64,000 nucleotides of DNA from a virus. Taxonomy: Duplodnaviria; Caudoviricetes. The notes beneath the pieces were generated by a model. It saw nothing but the letters and a program-made list of their open reading frames with translations. It made no database searches and was not told the DNA's origin. Shown in pieces: positions 51,550 to 60,663 of this stretch. The stretch is from positions 7,526 through 71,525 of IMG/VR virus record IMGVR_UViG_3300037043_000091. One strand, given 5' to 3'. The position numbers were made by a program, and so were the translations under genes. Every line of letters starts with the position of its first letter. The stretch's first letter is position 1.

Positions 51550-53834
51550 TTGTTCACCTTTGGCTTGGGTTTATTCGCCGGAGCCGCCGGCTTCGGCGGG
51601 TTTGCGGCTGTCTTGGCCTTGGCCCGGACCAACTCCCCCTGGGCCTTCTCGGTGTCCACCTTCTGGCTCAAAAGTTCCGGATGTGCTGCCGCCTCCGCCT
51701 GGGCCCGGGTGAGTTCGCCCTTGGCCGCTTCGGTATCGACCTTCTGCCGCGCCAGGTCGATTTCGTGGGGGATCACGGCCCTGATCCGTTCGGCTTCGGC
51801 CAGTTCAACTTGTGTCGGCCCCTGTTCCCGGACCTCCGTCCCGGCGGCTGCGTCGGCCTGGGCGTCCGCCAAAGCGGCTTCGGCGGGGGCCTTGAGGGCA
51901 ACGGCTTCAGCTTGGGCCTGGGCCAGGGCGGCTTTGGCGCTGTGGAGTTCGGCCTGGGCCGCCAGGGTGTTGGCTTTCGCCATTTTTTCTTCGGCCTCGG
52001 CTTGCAGCTTCGCCGCCTCTGCGGCCTTGCGCTCGGCGTCGGCCTGGACCTGGGCCGCCTGGGCCGCTTCCTGGGCCTGCATGGAGCCGATCTTCTTGTC
52101 CTGCTGTTCCTGTTGGGCGGTGTCAATTTCAATGGCTTTTTCAGGATCGACGGAGAACTTGGAGTCGGTCAACCTGGTCAGCCGGACAATTTCGTTCAGA
52201 TAGCCACCTGGCTTCAGGTAGGGGAGGAAAATCTGCCCCAGGCCATTCGGATCGAACAGGGGCATTATCAGGCTGGCCATCTGTTGCAGCTTCTCATGCT
52301 CTTTCATCAGAGCGGTAATCCCGGCCACATGGAATCGGCCGGTGCTTAGCTGCGGGAGTTCCAGGCCGGTGGGGAAGTCATCGGAAACGGGACGCCGGTA
52401 TTCGTCGGCCACTTCTGGCCCCATGATAGCGACCAACTCGTCATAGGTCATGTTGATGCAGATGGTTTCGTAGCCGGCGATGATTGCGGCCAGGGCTCCG
52501 TCCTCCAGGTTCTTTCCCATGGACCCTACGACGGTTGAACTCTGCTCCAGGTTTTGGGCTGCCTCCCGGGCGGTCACCTCTGCCCGGTATCCCGGCGCTC
52601 CCATGGTGGAGTAATCAAGGAGGCCTCCATCCTGGTGGCGCTGGTCGTAGAAGTTGAGCATGGCGATCAGTTCGTTGGCCTGGGACTTGAGATCAACCGC
52701 CCGGATCACCTGCTGCCCCTGCTGTGACCCGTAGGTCGGAAAGACCTTGCCGGGGTAAACGTCGGTGTCCGACTGGTCCACCAGGGAGGAAATGTCCACC
52801 TCCAGCATGGGGTTCACGGCCCAATTCAGGTGATCCGCATGGAGGCTCATCATGTTGCACATCAGATACCAGAGGGACCGGATGCCGTGAATGAGTCCCC
52901 GGCCATCGAAACGGAGCATATGCGGGAGCGCTGAGAACCCGATTCCCGGCCACCTGAGGGTGGGGTAGGGGCTTGGCTTGGGTTCGCTGATGACTCTCCC
53001 GCCGGCGCCCGTGAAGGTTGCGTTGGGCAGGAGGGTTTCACCCTTGGGACTCAGGATCGTCCCCCAGAACTCAAGGACCTGGAGCGACTTCTGAAAGGCC
53101 GACTTGCTGAAAACCATGCCCTTGCGCCGGGCCAGTTCTTCAGAGGTGAGGTCCGGGGTCCGGCTGTACCAGTTGCTTCCGGGCCCGATGTCGATGATAT
53201 TCTTGAACCGCCCTTCCTTCTCCCAATCCCTCAGGACGTTGTAGGGCATGAACTCCTGGTGAATCCAGTACATCCCCGACTGCGGCTGCCGGCTCACGGC
53301 GTCCGGGTCCCGGTGAATCTTCCAGGGCTCCACCAGGATATACCGGAGCCCCTTCCCCGGGGGGTAGACGGGGATCATTTCCATGCTCTGGCCCACGGCC
53401 AGGGACATTCCCACGGCGTCCACAAACTGAATCGGGAAGTTGGCGTAGTTCCGGGATAGCTGGACCCGCATCAGCTTTTCTACAAAGCTGGCTGCTTTTT
53501 GCGAATCCTCGTTCTCGACAGACAAGAACTCAACATCGAAAGCCTTGCGGACGATGGACATACCGAACTGGACCAGTTTATAGGGCTTCGGGTAGGTAAT
53601 CCGGCTCTGCCAGAGTTCCTTGAAGTTGAAGTTCTGCGGTTCTTCTTCGTTGTAGACCCGCCAGCACTCATTCTGCTGAAGCCGAATTTCCCGCGTGGAG
53701 TCCACAGAGGTCTTGACGCAATCGTCGAGGAATCGGACGTAGTGGGACTCGTCTTCAGCGACGTAAGCCCTGGCGGCCTCTGTCCTCTCAGCCAGTTCCT
53801 TTTGGTCTATCTGCTCTGCGGCCACGGGCGTCAT
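51546..53834 (-). CDS. portal protein (P22-like, with C-terminal coiled-coil barrel)
   Basis: 762 aa after terminase; W.S.I.YP..V.PW.I..DP; long A/E/Q/K tail with QKVDTE repeats. Confidence 0.88.
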   Translation of the reverse strand: MTPVAAEQIDQKELAERTEAARAYVAEDESHYVRFLDDCVKTSVDSTREIRLQQNECWRVYNEEEPQNFNFKELWQSRITYPKPYKLVQFGMSIVRKAFDVEFLSVENEDSQKAASFVEKLMRVQLSRNYANFPIQFVDAVGMSLAVGQSMEMIPVYPPGKGLRYILVEPWKIHRDPDAVSRQPQSGMYWIHQEFMPYNVLRDWEKEGRFKNIIDIGPGSNWYSRTPDLTSEELARRKGMVFSKSAFQKSLQVLEFWGTILSPKGETLLPNATFTGAGGRVISEPKPSPYPTLRWPGIGFSALPHMLRFDGRGLIHGIRSLWYLMCNMMSLHADHLNWAVNPMLEVDISSLVDQSDTDVYPGKVFPTYGSQQGQQVIRAVDLKSQANELIAMLNFYDQRHQDGGLLDYSTMGAPGYRAEVTAREAAQNLEQSSTVVGSMGKNLEDGALAAIIAGYETICINMTYDELVAIMGPEVADEYRRPVSDDFPTGLELPQLSTGRFHVAGITALMKEHEKLQQMASLIMPLFDPNGLGQIFLPYLKPGGYLNEIVRLTRLTDSKFSVDPEKAIEIDTAQQEQQDKKIGSMQAQEAAQAAQVQADAERKAAEAAKLQAEAEEKMAKANTLAAQAELHSAKAALAQAQAEAVALKAPAEAALADAQADAAAGTEVREQGPTQVELAEAERIRAVIPHEIDLARQKVDTEAAKGELTRAQAEAAAHPELLSQKVDTEKAQGELVRAKAKTAANPPKPAAPANKPKPKVNK

Positions 53835-53838
53835 GGAC

Positions 53839-54117
53839 CTACCCCTTGCCCTTGAAGGACTCGATCTTTACCGGCTTGTCCACGTTCATCATGGGCGCAC
53901 CGCCTTTACTGACGCAACCGCCCTTGGCCCTGGGGACGTAGTAAGGGTTCTTGGCGTTGGCGGCCTTCTCGCGAGCCTCGTATGCCTTCTGCGCCTTCTC
54001 CGACGGGTCGGGGGCCGGAGAAGCGGCGGCAGGGGTTGCCCCAGGTGTCAATGCCTTCTCCGCGTCCTTAATGAACTGCGGCGTGATCTTGTCTTTAACG
54101 AAATCAGCTGCGCCCAT
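53839..54117 (-). CDS. small low-complexity protein
   Basis: AGGAGG RBS. Confidence 0.6.
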   Translation of the reverse strand: MGAADFVKDKITPQFIKDAEKALTPGATPAAASPAPDPSEKAQKAYEAREKAANAKNPYYVPRAKGGCVSKGGAPMMNVDKPVKIESFKGKG

Positions 54118-54127
54118 GGCGGGCCTC

Positions 54128-54397
54128 CTAAAACCTGAATTTTTTGACGGGCTTGCCCACGTTCTTGACCCGCATTTGAGGTTTCCGCTTCACCGTCGGC
54201 GGCCCTGCGGGGGCCCGGGGCTGGACTCGCTTCGGCAGATTTTCATTGACGGGGCCGGTGAAGTCGGCCATATCGGACGGTTTCATGGAGGCGGCTATCT
54301 CAGCCGACGGGCTCCCGGGCTTCGCCGTGGCCTGGCCGGTCTGGACTGCACGGGCCAGGTTCGTGGCGACGGCCTGGTTTTGCGACTTAGGTGGCAT
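54128..54397 (-). CDS. small basic protein
   Basis: AGGAGG RBS before MPPKSQNQ. Confidence 0.6.
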   Translation of the reverse strand: MPPKSQNQAVATNLARAVQTGQATAKPGSPSAEIAASMKPSDMADFTGPVNENLPKRVQPRAPAGPPTVKRKPQMRVKNVGKPVKKFRF

Positions 54398-54683
54398 GAA
54401 CGTCCTCCTTCTTGCCCCAGATTCTTTCCCACCCTTCACAGTAGGCGTCTGAGGCGTGGCGGGTTACCAGTTCTCCCGTGGGGCCGGGCGGCTCACCATT
54501 CCAGCCATTCGGGGGGCAATATTCCTCGTTGGTGATGACGTTCTTGTAGCCTTCCTGGGTCTTGCCCTGGGTCCCGTTCTTGAACAGGATCGGCATCCAG
54601 CCCTTGAATCCGGCGGTAGGAAGCCCAAAGCTGGTTTCCCGGCCTGACGAACTTTTGGACCGAGAGGTGGGCCTGTCTTTCAT
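54387..54683 (-). CDS. small hypothetical protein
   Basis: ATGA coupling; SDAY.EGWERIWG motif common in phages. Confidence 0.6.
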   Translation of the reverse strand: MKDRPTSRSKSSSGRETSFGLPTAGFKGWMPILFKNGTQGKTQEGYKNVITNEEYCPPNGWNGEPPGPTGELVTRHASDAYCEGWERIWGKKEDVHAT

Positions 54684-54901
54684 GGAAGATTCTCCGTCTT
54701 CAGGGGCGCACCCACCACTTGCCTGCCCGGGACTTCCGTGGGGACTCCCTGGGGTGACCAGGTGTAGGTCTTGCCGTCCTGCCCCACCAGGCCGCCGGAG
54801 GCGCCCTTCCCGTAGGGCTTGGCCGCGGCGTTTTTCATGGTATTGGCCACGTTCTGGCCAAAATCCCGGGCCCCGGTGAGAAGATCAGCCAGGTCTGCCA
54901 T
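54680..54901 (-). CDS. small hypothetical protein
   Basis: TAATG coupling to terminase stop. Confidence 0.6.
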   Translation of the reverse strand: MADLADLLTGARDFGQNVANTMKNAAAKPYGKGASGGLVGQDGKTYTWSPQGVPTEVPGRQVVGAPLKTENLP

Positions 54902-56355
54902 TATCCTGCCCCTCCGGCTACAGCGTAAGACTGCGCCCGTTTTTTGGTTTTGTTCTTCAACTCCTGCATCTTTTGAATATCGGCCTTCCGGGCGGACGGC
55001 CTCAGAACAGCGCAACCGTTGGCAAAGGCGTCGCCCGGGTGGCTGGCCTCATCCTTCTTGGGCTTGTCCCGGGTCCGCTTGCCGGCGTTGTCCACCGGGT
55101 AGTGCCAGGCGCCATTCAGGGCGTTGTGCAGCAGCTTCCCGCCCACCGGGTCGATCTGCACCGACGGCAGCCCCATGATTAAGCCGTGGGTCTGGAACAT
55201 ATCGTCAAGACCCTGCTTTACCAGCTTCCAGGTGGAGGGGCCGGGCTCAAAGCGGTTGTTGAAGTGCCTCTGGATCACCAGCTTGGCAGACTCCAGCACG
55301 TTGCTCTGGTCCCGCATGGCCATGGTGAAATCACCGATGTCCCGCCAGGATCGGGCCTTGTTTTTCCAGCGTGGGGAGTTCAAGAGGGGGTCAACCTGGG
55401 TACTGATGAGGGTGCGGATGTCAGAATTGCCGAAAATCATGCAGACGTCGTAAACAATCAGCCGGCCTATCGTGGTGATCTGCCCCAGGACACAGCAGGG
55501 TGACCCCCAGCTATCCCAGAACCGGAACGATTCAAGCCCCTGGACCGGCTCGGCTCGGCCCGGCAGGAGGTGGATTTCTTCCTTGTAGTAGGGTGTGACC
55601 TTCTCGCCCCGGTAGATGACCGCAAACTTGCCTTGAACATATCGAGCATAGGCGGCGGGGTCATTGGCATACATTTTCCTGGCGGCCTGACGGGCCTTGT
55701 CGTCCAGGGACCTATTTTCTCCATATGGGACGTGCCAAACTTGCTTTTGGACAAGAGGAAATTCTGGGTCATCGTCCGGCTCCAGGATGAAGCGGCGGTA
55801 GGTCCAATGCTGGTCATCCGCCGGGTTCATGTCCACCAGGAGGCGCCCCGGGGTCCCCTTGCGGCGGACGCACCGGATGACGGCCACGTTGTAGACTTCC
55901 TCAGAGAGGCCGGCGTTGGCCTTGTCAGCGATGGGGGCCGGCTCATTAAGCCATATCAAAGAGTACGCAGACGAGCCCTGCAGCTTCCCCAGGGAGGCCG
56001 GGTCGTCGATCCCGAACAGGTCAACATCAATCCTGATTTCCTTGCCGGTTTCGGGGTCGTCGTACCGGATGGTCAGTTCCTTGTACTCGTTTTTGAACCG
56101 GATTACGTGGGGACATTCCTGAAAGAACTCTTGAATAGAGGGAACGATGCTCAACTTGATGTTTTCAAGGGTGTCACGGACTATGGCGCACCGAATGGCC
56201 TGCCCACAACGCCTCGCGTGGGCCAGCATGGCCCCGATGCAGCCAAAAGTCTTCCCCTCCCCCAGGGGGGCAATCAAAATAGTGATAACTTTCGTGGAAT
56301 TAATGAACTCGTTGACCGTGGGAGAGAAGAAAAAGTTGAACTTCTGAATCTTCAT
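54901..56355 (-). CDS. terL: terminase large subunit
   Basis: APLGEGKT Walker A, LIWLNE Walker B, DMNP coupling motif, RFWDSWG and SHPGDAF nuclease motifs. Confidence 0.93.
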   Translation of the reverse strand: MKIQKFNFFFSPTVNEFINSTKVITILIAPLGEGKTFGCIGAMLAHARRCGQAIRCAIVRDTLENIKLSIVPSIQEFFQECPHVIRFKNEYKELTIRYDDPETGKEIRIDVDLFGIDDPASLGKLQGSSAYSLIWLNEPAPIADKANAGLSEEVYNVAVIRCVRRKGTPGRLLVDMNPADDQHWTYRRFILEPDDDPEFPLVQKQVWHVPYGENRSLDDKARQAARKMYANDPAAYARYVQGKFAVIYRGEKVTPYYKEEIHLLPGRAEPVQGLESFRFWDSWGSPCCVLGQITTIGRLIVYDVCMIFGNSDIRTLISTQVDPLLNSPRWKNKARSWRDIGDFTMAMRDQSNVLESAKLVIQRHFNNRFEPGPSTWKLVKQGLDDMFQTHGLIMGLPSVQIDPVGGKLLHNALNGAWHYPVDNAGKRTRDKPKKDEASHPGDAFANGCAVLRPSARKADIQKMQELKNKTKKRAQSYAVAGGAG

Positions 56356-56405
56356 ACTTCGGGCGATAGCACAAAAAAAGCCATAGTTCAAGGCTTTATT
56401 TTTTC

Positions 56406-56434
56406 TTTACATTCCTGAAAATAATGGGTATTTT
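56406..56434 (+). promoter_or_regulatory. promoter of the AbrB-like gene
   Basis: TTTACA-N17-TATTTT in AT-rich gap. Confidence 0.5.
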
Positions 56435-56454
56435 GGGAAAAAAGGGGGGATAAA

Positions 56455-56733
56455 ATGAAAAAAACCGGGGCCAAAAAGGGTGAAAAAAAAGTTGCGGCGG
56501 TGGTAAAAAGCCTTGTGGAGATCAAAGGGTCAATTTATCTGTGTATTCCCAAGGTTGTAGCCCGAAAGTGCGGCCTGGAGGCCGGAAATCTGGCTGCAAT
56601 CGTTGCCTCTGGCAAGACTTTGACGGTTTTTTTCCCGGAAGTGGTAACGGAAAGGTCAGAAAAGGCCCGAATAGAGGCGGAAAAGGCCCAAATATTGGCG
56701 GCAATGAGGTTGCCAGCCCGCCCAGGTGGTTAA
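56455..56733 (+). CDS. AbrB/MazE/SpoVT-family DNA-binding protein
   Basis: KGSIYLCIPK..A..GL.AG..L.V. Confidence 0.75.
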   Translation: MKKTGAKKGEKKVAAVVKSLVEIKGSIYLCIPKVVARKCGLEAGNLAAIVASGKTLTVFFPEVVTERSEKARIEAEKAQILAAMRLPARPGG

Positions 56734-56927
56734 TTTAGCCCCCGATCATCCGCCAGCCACTCGGGCATGGTCACTTCGTCCTCAAATTCCCCTTTTACCA
56801 CGGCAATCTGGCTTTTGGGCAGCAAAATGGTTTCATGGGCCAGGCGGCGGTCTGCCCAGAGGAAAACCACCGCCATCCCATTGGCCGTGTCCCTTAAAAC
56901 CCAGCCTTTTACGGTTACGTCAGCCAT
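56730..56927 (-). CDS. conserved small phage protein
   Basis: LPKSQI..V.MPEWLA..RGL. Confidence 0.7.
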   Translation of the reverse strand: MADVTVKGWVLRDTANGMAVVFLWADRRLAHETILLPKSQIAVVKGEFEDEVTMPEWLADDRGLN

Positions 56928-57160
56928 TTTATGAACTCGATGATCTCTTGGGGTGTATGGAGTGGGTGATCTTTGAGCAACTTACTGATCGCCTCCTGAA
57001 GGACGGCGAGTTCTTCTTCCTTCCTGATCGCTCTGAGGCACCTCGTACAGCCCACAAGCGACTTGTCAGTCGTTGCCCTCTTGGGGGTCCAGAGTCCGCA
57101 ACGGGTGTTGAATGGACCCCCATCCCCGCTCCAATGCCATGACGTCGGCTTCTTGGTCAT
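56915..57160 (-). CDS. small Cys-containing protein
   Basis: TGATG coupling; CG..CTRC. Confidence 0.6.
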   Translation of the reverse strand: MTKKPTSWHWSGDGGPFNTRCGLWTPKRATTDKSLVGCTRCLRAIRKEEELAVLQEAISKLLKDHPLHTPQEIIEFIKWLT

Positions 57161-57411
57161 CAGATTTTGGTTTCGTCCAGCTTGTGGTTGCCGCACCAGT
57201 CCGTGGAAAACACCGCCGGCCAGCCACTCATGGTCGGGGCATGGCGGCGGCAGCGCCCGAGTACCTGTTGCGATACAGGGGGAATGTTCGTGTTCGCCTG
57301 GGGGTTGTTAGGGTCCATAACCACGTAGCGGGTATCGACTTTCTTGACCCACCACATACAGGTTTCGCACAGCATTTTCTTACCGCGGTGCTGCCAGTTG
57401 TCTTCGGCCAC
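57160..57411 (-). CDS. conserved phage Cys-rich protein
   Basis: CETC.WW..GRCRR.AP..WP.V..DWCG. Confidence 0.7.
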   Translation of the reverse strand: MAEDNWQHRGKKMLCETCMWWVKKVDTRYVVMDPNNPQANTNIPPVSQQVLGRCRRHAPTMSGWPAVFSTDWCGNHKLDETKI

Positions 57412-57538
57412 GTTTCTTCTCCTTTTCCTCTCGGTGTCGCCGTTCACCCTCCTGATAGGCGCCAGGGGTCTGGTGTTTTTGCATGAGTCCGGTTTCCCGG
57501 TTTGACATACGGGCGTATGTCCTGCTCAAGCTGCTCAC
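57380..57538 (-). CDS. small basic protein (52 aa, not in ORF track)
   Basis: GTGA overlap with upstream stop. Confidence 0.45.
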   Translation of the reverse strand: MSSLSRTYARMSNRETGLMQKHQTPGAYQEGERRHREEKEKKRGRRQLAAPR

Positions 57539-57807
57539 AGTTTTAGCCTCCCTTCTTTGAGAAATTCTTTCGGGATAGCCGGGGCCAGGACAATCCGCTT
57601 GGGCTCCTGGGGGGCCATCTGCTGCATGATCTGTGCGATCATTTCCAGGGCCACACCCAAGAGTGCAACCGACTTTGCCAGGTCCGGCGACCCATCAGCG
57701 CCAGGAAGTTGAACATTAACCCGGTCTTTGGTCTGGAAGATCAATAGCTGGGCTATGATGTCATCCGGGTTCGGGATGCCAGGCGGGGGAGCGCTGGGGC
57801 CGCTCAT
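57535..57807 (-). CDS. hypothetical protein
   Basis: TGATG coupling. Confidence 0.6.
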   Translation of the reverse strand: MSGPSAPPPGIPNPDDIIAQLLIFQTKDRVNVQLPGADGSPDLAKSVALLGVALEMIAQIMQQMAPQEPKRIVLAPAIPKEFLKEGRLKL

Positions 57808-58022
57808 CACTCGTTCCTCGCTATGGCGGCGTTGGCCCACATCACGGCTTCCTCTAGCTTCGTCAGCGCCAGGGACCGCTCCCGGGAGTCCGGGCAGGCC
57901 GCTTCGATCATGTAGGCCAGGTCTTTGGTGGCTGTTCTGATGGACTCATACCGAACCGGCTGGTCCCCCTTCGGGGCGTGGTAGGTGAATCTGTTCTCAA
58001 TGTCAGGGATATTAGAGGGCAT
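57807..58022 (-). CDS. Acb2/Tad1-like helical-hairpin protein (candidate anti-defence nucleotide sponge)
   Basis: NRFTYHAP..RYE.IR..CP.SRERSLALTKLEEAVMWANAAIARNE. Confidence 0.75.
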   Translation of the reverse strand: MPSNIPDIENRFTYHAPKGDQPVRYESIRTATKDLAYMIEAACPDSRERSLALTKLEEAVMWANAAIARNE

Positions 58023-58251
58023 GCGCTTTCTCCTTTGCTTTGGCAATGGCCATGGAAAGATGTTTATCTCTCCCCACGGCGCTGATTTTACATGAGGAAT
58101 GGGGGGTGTACCTGAAGAAGGTGGCCATCCAGTCCCCCCCGCACCGGTGCAACTCGAACCCGGGCCACCCGGCGGCTACCATGGCGTCGGCGGTGGCCTC
58201 AATTTCACTCGCCATCATCCGCACTCCGGGACGACCTCCAATTTGGCTCAT
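58012..58251 (-). CDS. hypothetical protein
   Basis: ATGA coupling with KTSC. Confidence 0.55.
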   Translation of the reverse strand: MSQIGGRPGVRMMASEIEATADAMVAAGWPGFELHRCGGDWMATFFRYTPHSSCKISAVGRDKHLSMAIAKAKEKAHAL

Positions 58252-58463
58252 GCTCCCTCCACTTTGGTGTACCCAAAGGCCCCCTTGATGTTGGCAAGGA
58301 AGAACTTTCCGGTGGACTCGGCGGCCTTGAACTGCTCCCACACGTTCTCGGGGACGTCCTGGTAACGGTACTTTTCGCCCCCTTTCTTGAACTGCACGAT
58401 CAGTTCTCCTTTTTCCTTGTCGTACCCGATTGCTTTGATGAGGCTTGAATCTACGGGGATCAT
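58248..58463 (-). CDS. KTSC domain protein
   Basis: VDSS.I.AIGYD..L.V.F..Y.Y..VP..F..A.S.GKFF..IKG. Confidence 0.9.
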   Translation of the reverse strand: MIPVDSSLIKAIGYDKEKGELIVQFKKGGEKYRYQDVPENVWEQFKAAESTGKFFLANIKGAFGYTKVEGA

Positions 58464-59218
58464 GGGGTTCTCCTTGCAAGATCTATGGTTTGACGCCGCA
58501 CCAGATCGGCGCTGTATTCTGGCCAGGACATGGCCCTGATTTTATCATAGTAAGGCGTGTTCAACTTCTCGCACAGAGGCGGAGGCGGCTCCGGTAGTTT
58601 TATGGGCTGCCCCCTGAATATCCCCAACTTGGATATGGGGTGAAGGTGGCTCCAGAGAATAAAGTGCGCCGGATAACCTCCCTTGTTCCGATATTCCTCT
58701 TTTCGGGCCTCCTGACCCTCTATCCAGGCAAATATCCAGACCTGGCCGGTTTCCGGGTTAGCAGAACAGGCCACAATAAAATCGGGGTAACCAAGAACCC
58801 TCTTTGATTCCCCGGCCTGGTCTTTGGCAGGGTAATAGAAATATGGTTCACTTTCTCCACGGCTTTTGAAAGTGTCCGCAAATGTTTTCACGGCTTTTGT
58901 CTTGACCCCATAGGTTATTTCGTCAATGGTGATGTCCTGTTTCCATTTTCTCGGGTCATCATCCCACTCAGGGGCTACCGTATATTTGATCCCATTGGCG
59001 TCAAGAACTATCCTGAAACCTTTCTCCCCAATCAGACCTATCCCATGAGCCCGCCCCCCCTCCATCCCGGCGTGACGGTGTGATTTTCCCTTGGCAATAT
59101 TATGTTCGTTCCGCCGTATCCCCAGGTCCATATACTTCTTGATTTCATCTTGAGATAGGACAATCTCAATTATCGGTGGTTTCTCCGGCGACAGCGCGTC
59201 AGCATCATAAACCGGCAT
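58460..59218 (-). CDS. restriction-endonuclease-fold-like protein (degenerate)
   Basis: G.IGE helix, QD..I..YGVKT; visibly AT-richer than flanks. Confidence 0.5.
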   Translation of the reverse strand: MPVYDADALSPEKPPIIEIVLSQDEIKKYMDLGIRRNEHNIAKGKSHRHAGMEGGRAHGIGLIGEKGFRIVLDANGIKYTVAPEWDDDPRKWKQDITIDEITYGVKTKAVKTFADTFKSRGESEPYFYYPAKDQAGESKRVLGYPDFIVACSANPETGQVWIFAWIEGQEARKEEYRNKGGYPAHFILWSHLHPISKLGIFRGQPIKLPEPPPPLCEKLNTPYYDKIRAMSWPEYSADLVRRQTIDLARRTP

Positions 59219-59226
59219 ATCGTCCC

Positions 59227-59577
59227 CTATTCAAAGCTGTCTTCCTCCATGTCGTAGGGCTTCCGCCCCTCCGCCGGCTGGTGCGTTATCTGCCGGGGCA
59301 TGATCCTCTGGTGGCGGTAAAACGCCAGGGGATCGTGAACGAACCGGAGCCGCCCGTCCTGGCCCCTCTCCTTTCGGCGCACCCAATATTCGTGACCCTG
59401 GTGATCCGGGAACAGCATTTCCAGGTCGTGCATCAGCCGGACAAATTTTCTTTGCCATTCCTCCGGTGCCGACTGGAGTAGGACCCGGGGGACCACCAGG
59501 TAGTTGGCATAGGTGAGCCCAAACCAGTTATGGACAGGCTCATGCTCGACCAGCTTTTCCAGGTCTTCAGGGTTCAT
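59227..59577 (-). CDS. conserved phage hypothetical protein
   Basis: H.WF.LTYA.YLV.PR..LQS.P.EWQ..FV. Confidence 0.7.
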   Translation of the reverse strand: MNPEDLEKLVEHEPVHNWFGLTYANYLVVPRVLLQSAPEEWQRKFVRLMHDLEMLFPDHQGHEYWVRRKERGQDGRLRFVHDPLAFYRHQRIMPRQITHQPAEGRKPYDMEEDSFE

Positions 59578-59882
59578 CCCCTCATCCTCTCGAATTTCAG
59601 GACCGGCATCAGGGGGAACTTCTCCAGGTAGCTTCGGTCCTCCAGGTATGAAACCAGCGCATCCCTCATATTCCGGGTGAGGTTCTTCATCAAAAGGTCA
59701 AAGACGCTCTGGACCTCATCCAGGCGCAGGATCACGTCTTGGGTGAACTCCTGGCAGGTGGCGCCTGTGCCGCGGCCTAACTGCACCTTCAGCCGCACCG
59801 CCGCACAGCCAGGCATATACATCGAGGGCGTGTGCCTCGGCCCTTCCTGATCCATAACCTCTGCTTCAAGGATGATCTTCAT
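59574..59882 (-). CDS. hypothetical protein
   Basis: ATGA couplings on both ends. Confidence 0.6.
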   Translation of the reverse strand: MKIILEAEVMDQEGPRHTPSMYMPGCAAVRLKVQLGRGTGATCQEFTQDVILRLDEVQSVFDLLMKNLTRNMRDALVSYLEDRSYLEKFPLMPVLKFERMRG

Positions 59883-60469
59883 TTGGCCTCCCTTTCCATT
59901 TGCTCAAATTCCATCATGTAAGGCAGACAGTCCGGGTGTCGGGGGATGACCGCTTTTACCATGGCCGCTTCGTCCAGCATCTTCCCCTTTTCTTGCGTGA
60001 CAAAGCAGAACACCGCTATCTGGTTGGCCGCCCCCACCGGGTCCGCCAGGATGTCCTCGAACCGCAACTTCAGAATCCTATGGGAATATTCCCGCATGAC
60101 GCCGTTGGCCCGGGACCGGTCCCGCATGAACGACGCCGCCAGCTTGCTCACCGCAATACTCTCCTTGGCCGGATCAACAGCGGCTCCACAGGCTACCATG
60201 AACTTCACCATGGACTTCGCCTGCTCTACCGGGTTGCGGTCTATCCATATCCAACGGTATGGCAGGCCAGCCGGGGGCCGGTTAATGTGGGGGTCCAAGA
60301 TTTTGACGGCCCCGCCCATAGCTGCCCAGGCCTCCGGGTTCACCGCTCTCCCTTTGGGGATTTCATAGGACGGATATTCCGAGCCGGGCGTCGGCATCCC
60401 GCCGGCGGCCAACATCTGCATCACCAGGCTGGAGCCACACCGACCAAAGCCTGCTACGATGGTAATCAT
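59879..60469 (-). CDS. sulfotransferase-family protein
   Basis: IVAGFGRCGSSLVMQML..GG (5'-PSB-like) and IWIDRNP.E...S (3'-PB-like). Confidence 0.75.
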   Translation of the reverse strand: MITIVAGFGRCGSSLVMQMLAAGGMPTPGSEYPSYEIPKGRAVNPEAWAAMGGAVKILDPHINRPPAGLPYRWIWIDRNPVEQAKSMVKFMVACGAAVDPAKESIAVSKLAASFMRDRSRANGVMREYSHRILKLRFEDILADPVGAANQIAVFCFVTQEKGKMLDEAAMVKAVIPRHPDCLPYMMEFEQMEREAK

Positions 60470-60663
60470 CAGCAACTCCCCGGGGCCACTCGCAGCCCCA
60501 ATCCGGTTTCGCCGCTCTCCGGCATCCTGACCCATGTGTCGGTCAACAGGCATATCATGGCCGAAACCTCTTGGTCCCAGAGGAAATTTTGAAAACTCTC
60601 CGGGAGGTCAGGGTGAAGGGACGGAACCACCAGAAAACCCTCCTTCTGCACTTTCTCTGCCAT
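60469..60663 (-). CDS. hypothetical protein
   Basis: TAATG and TGATG couplings. Confidence 0.5.
   Translation of the reverse strand: MAEKVQKEGFLVVPSLHPDLPESFQNFLWDQEVSAMICLLTDTWVRMPESGETGLGLRVAPGSC

Noticed and set aside
55950-55975. Terminase Walker B reading NE rather than DE
   Set aside because: W.NE is common in this terminase group as I recall it, so it is not evidence of inactivation
57487-57522. Two small hairpins (GACATAC/GTATGTC and CCGG-GAAA-CCGG)
   Set aside because: Inside a plausible ORF, short, no U-tract; could be chance
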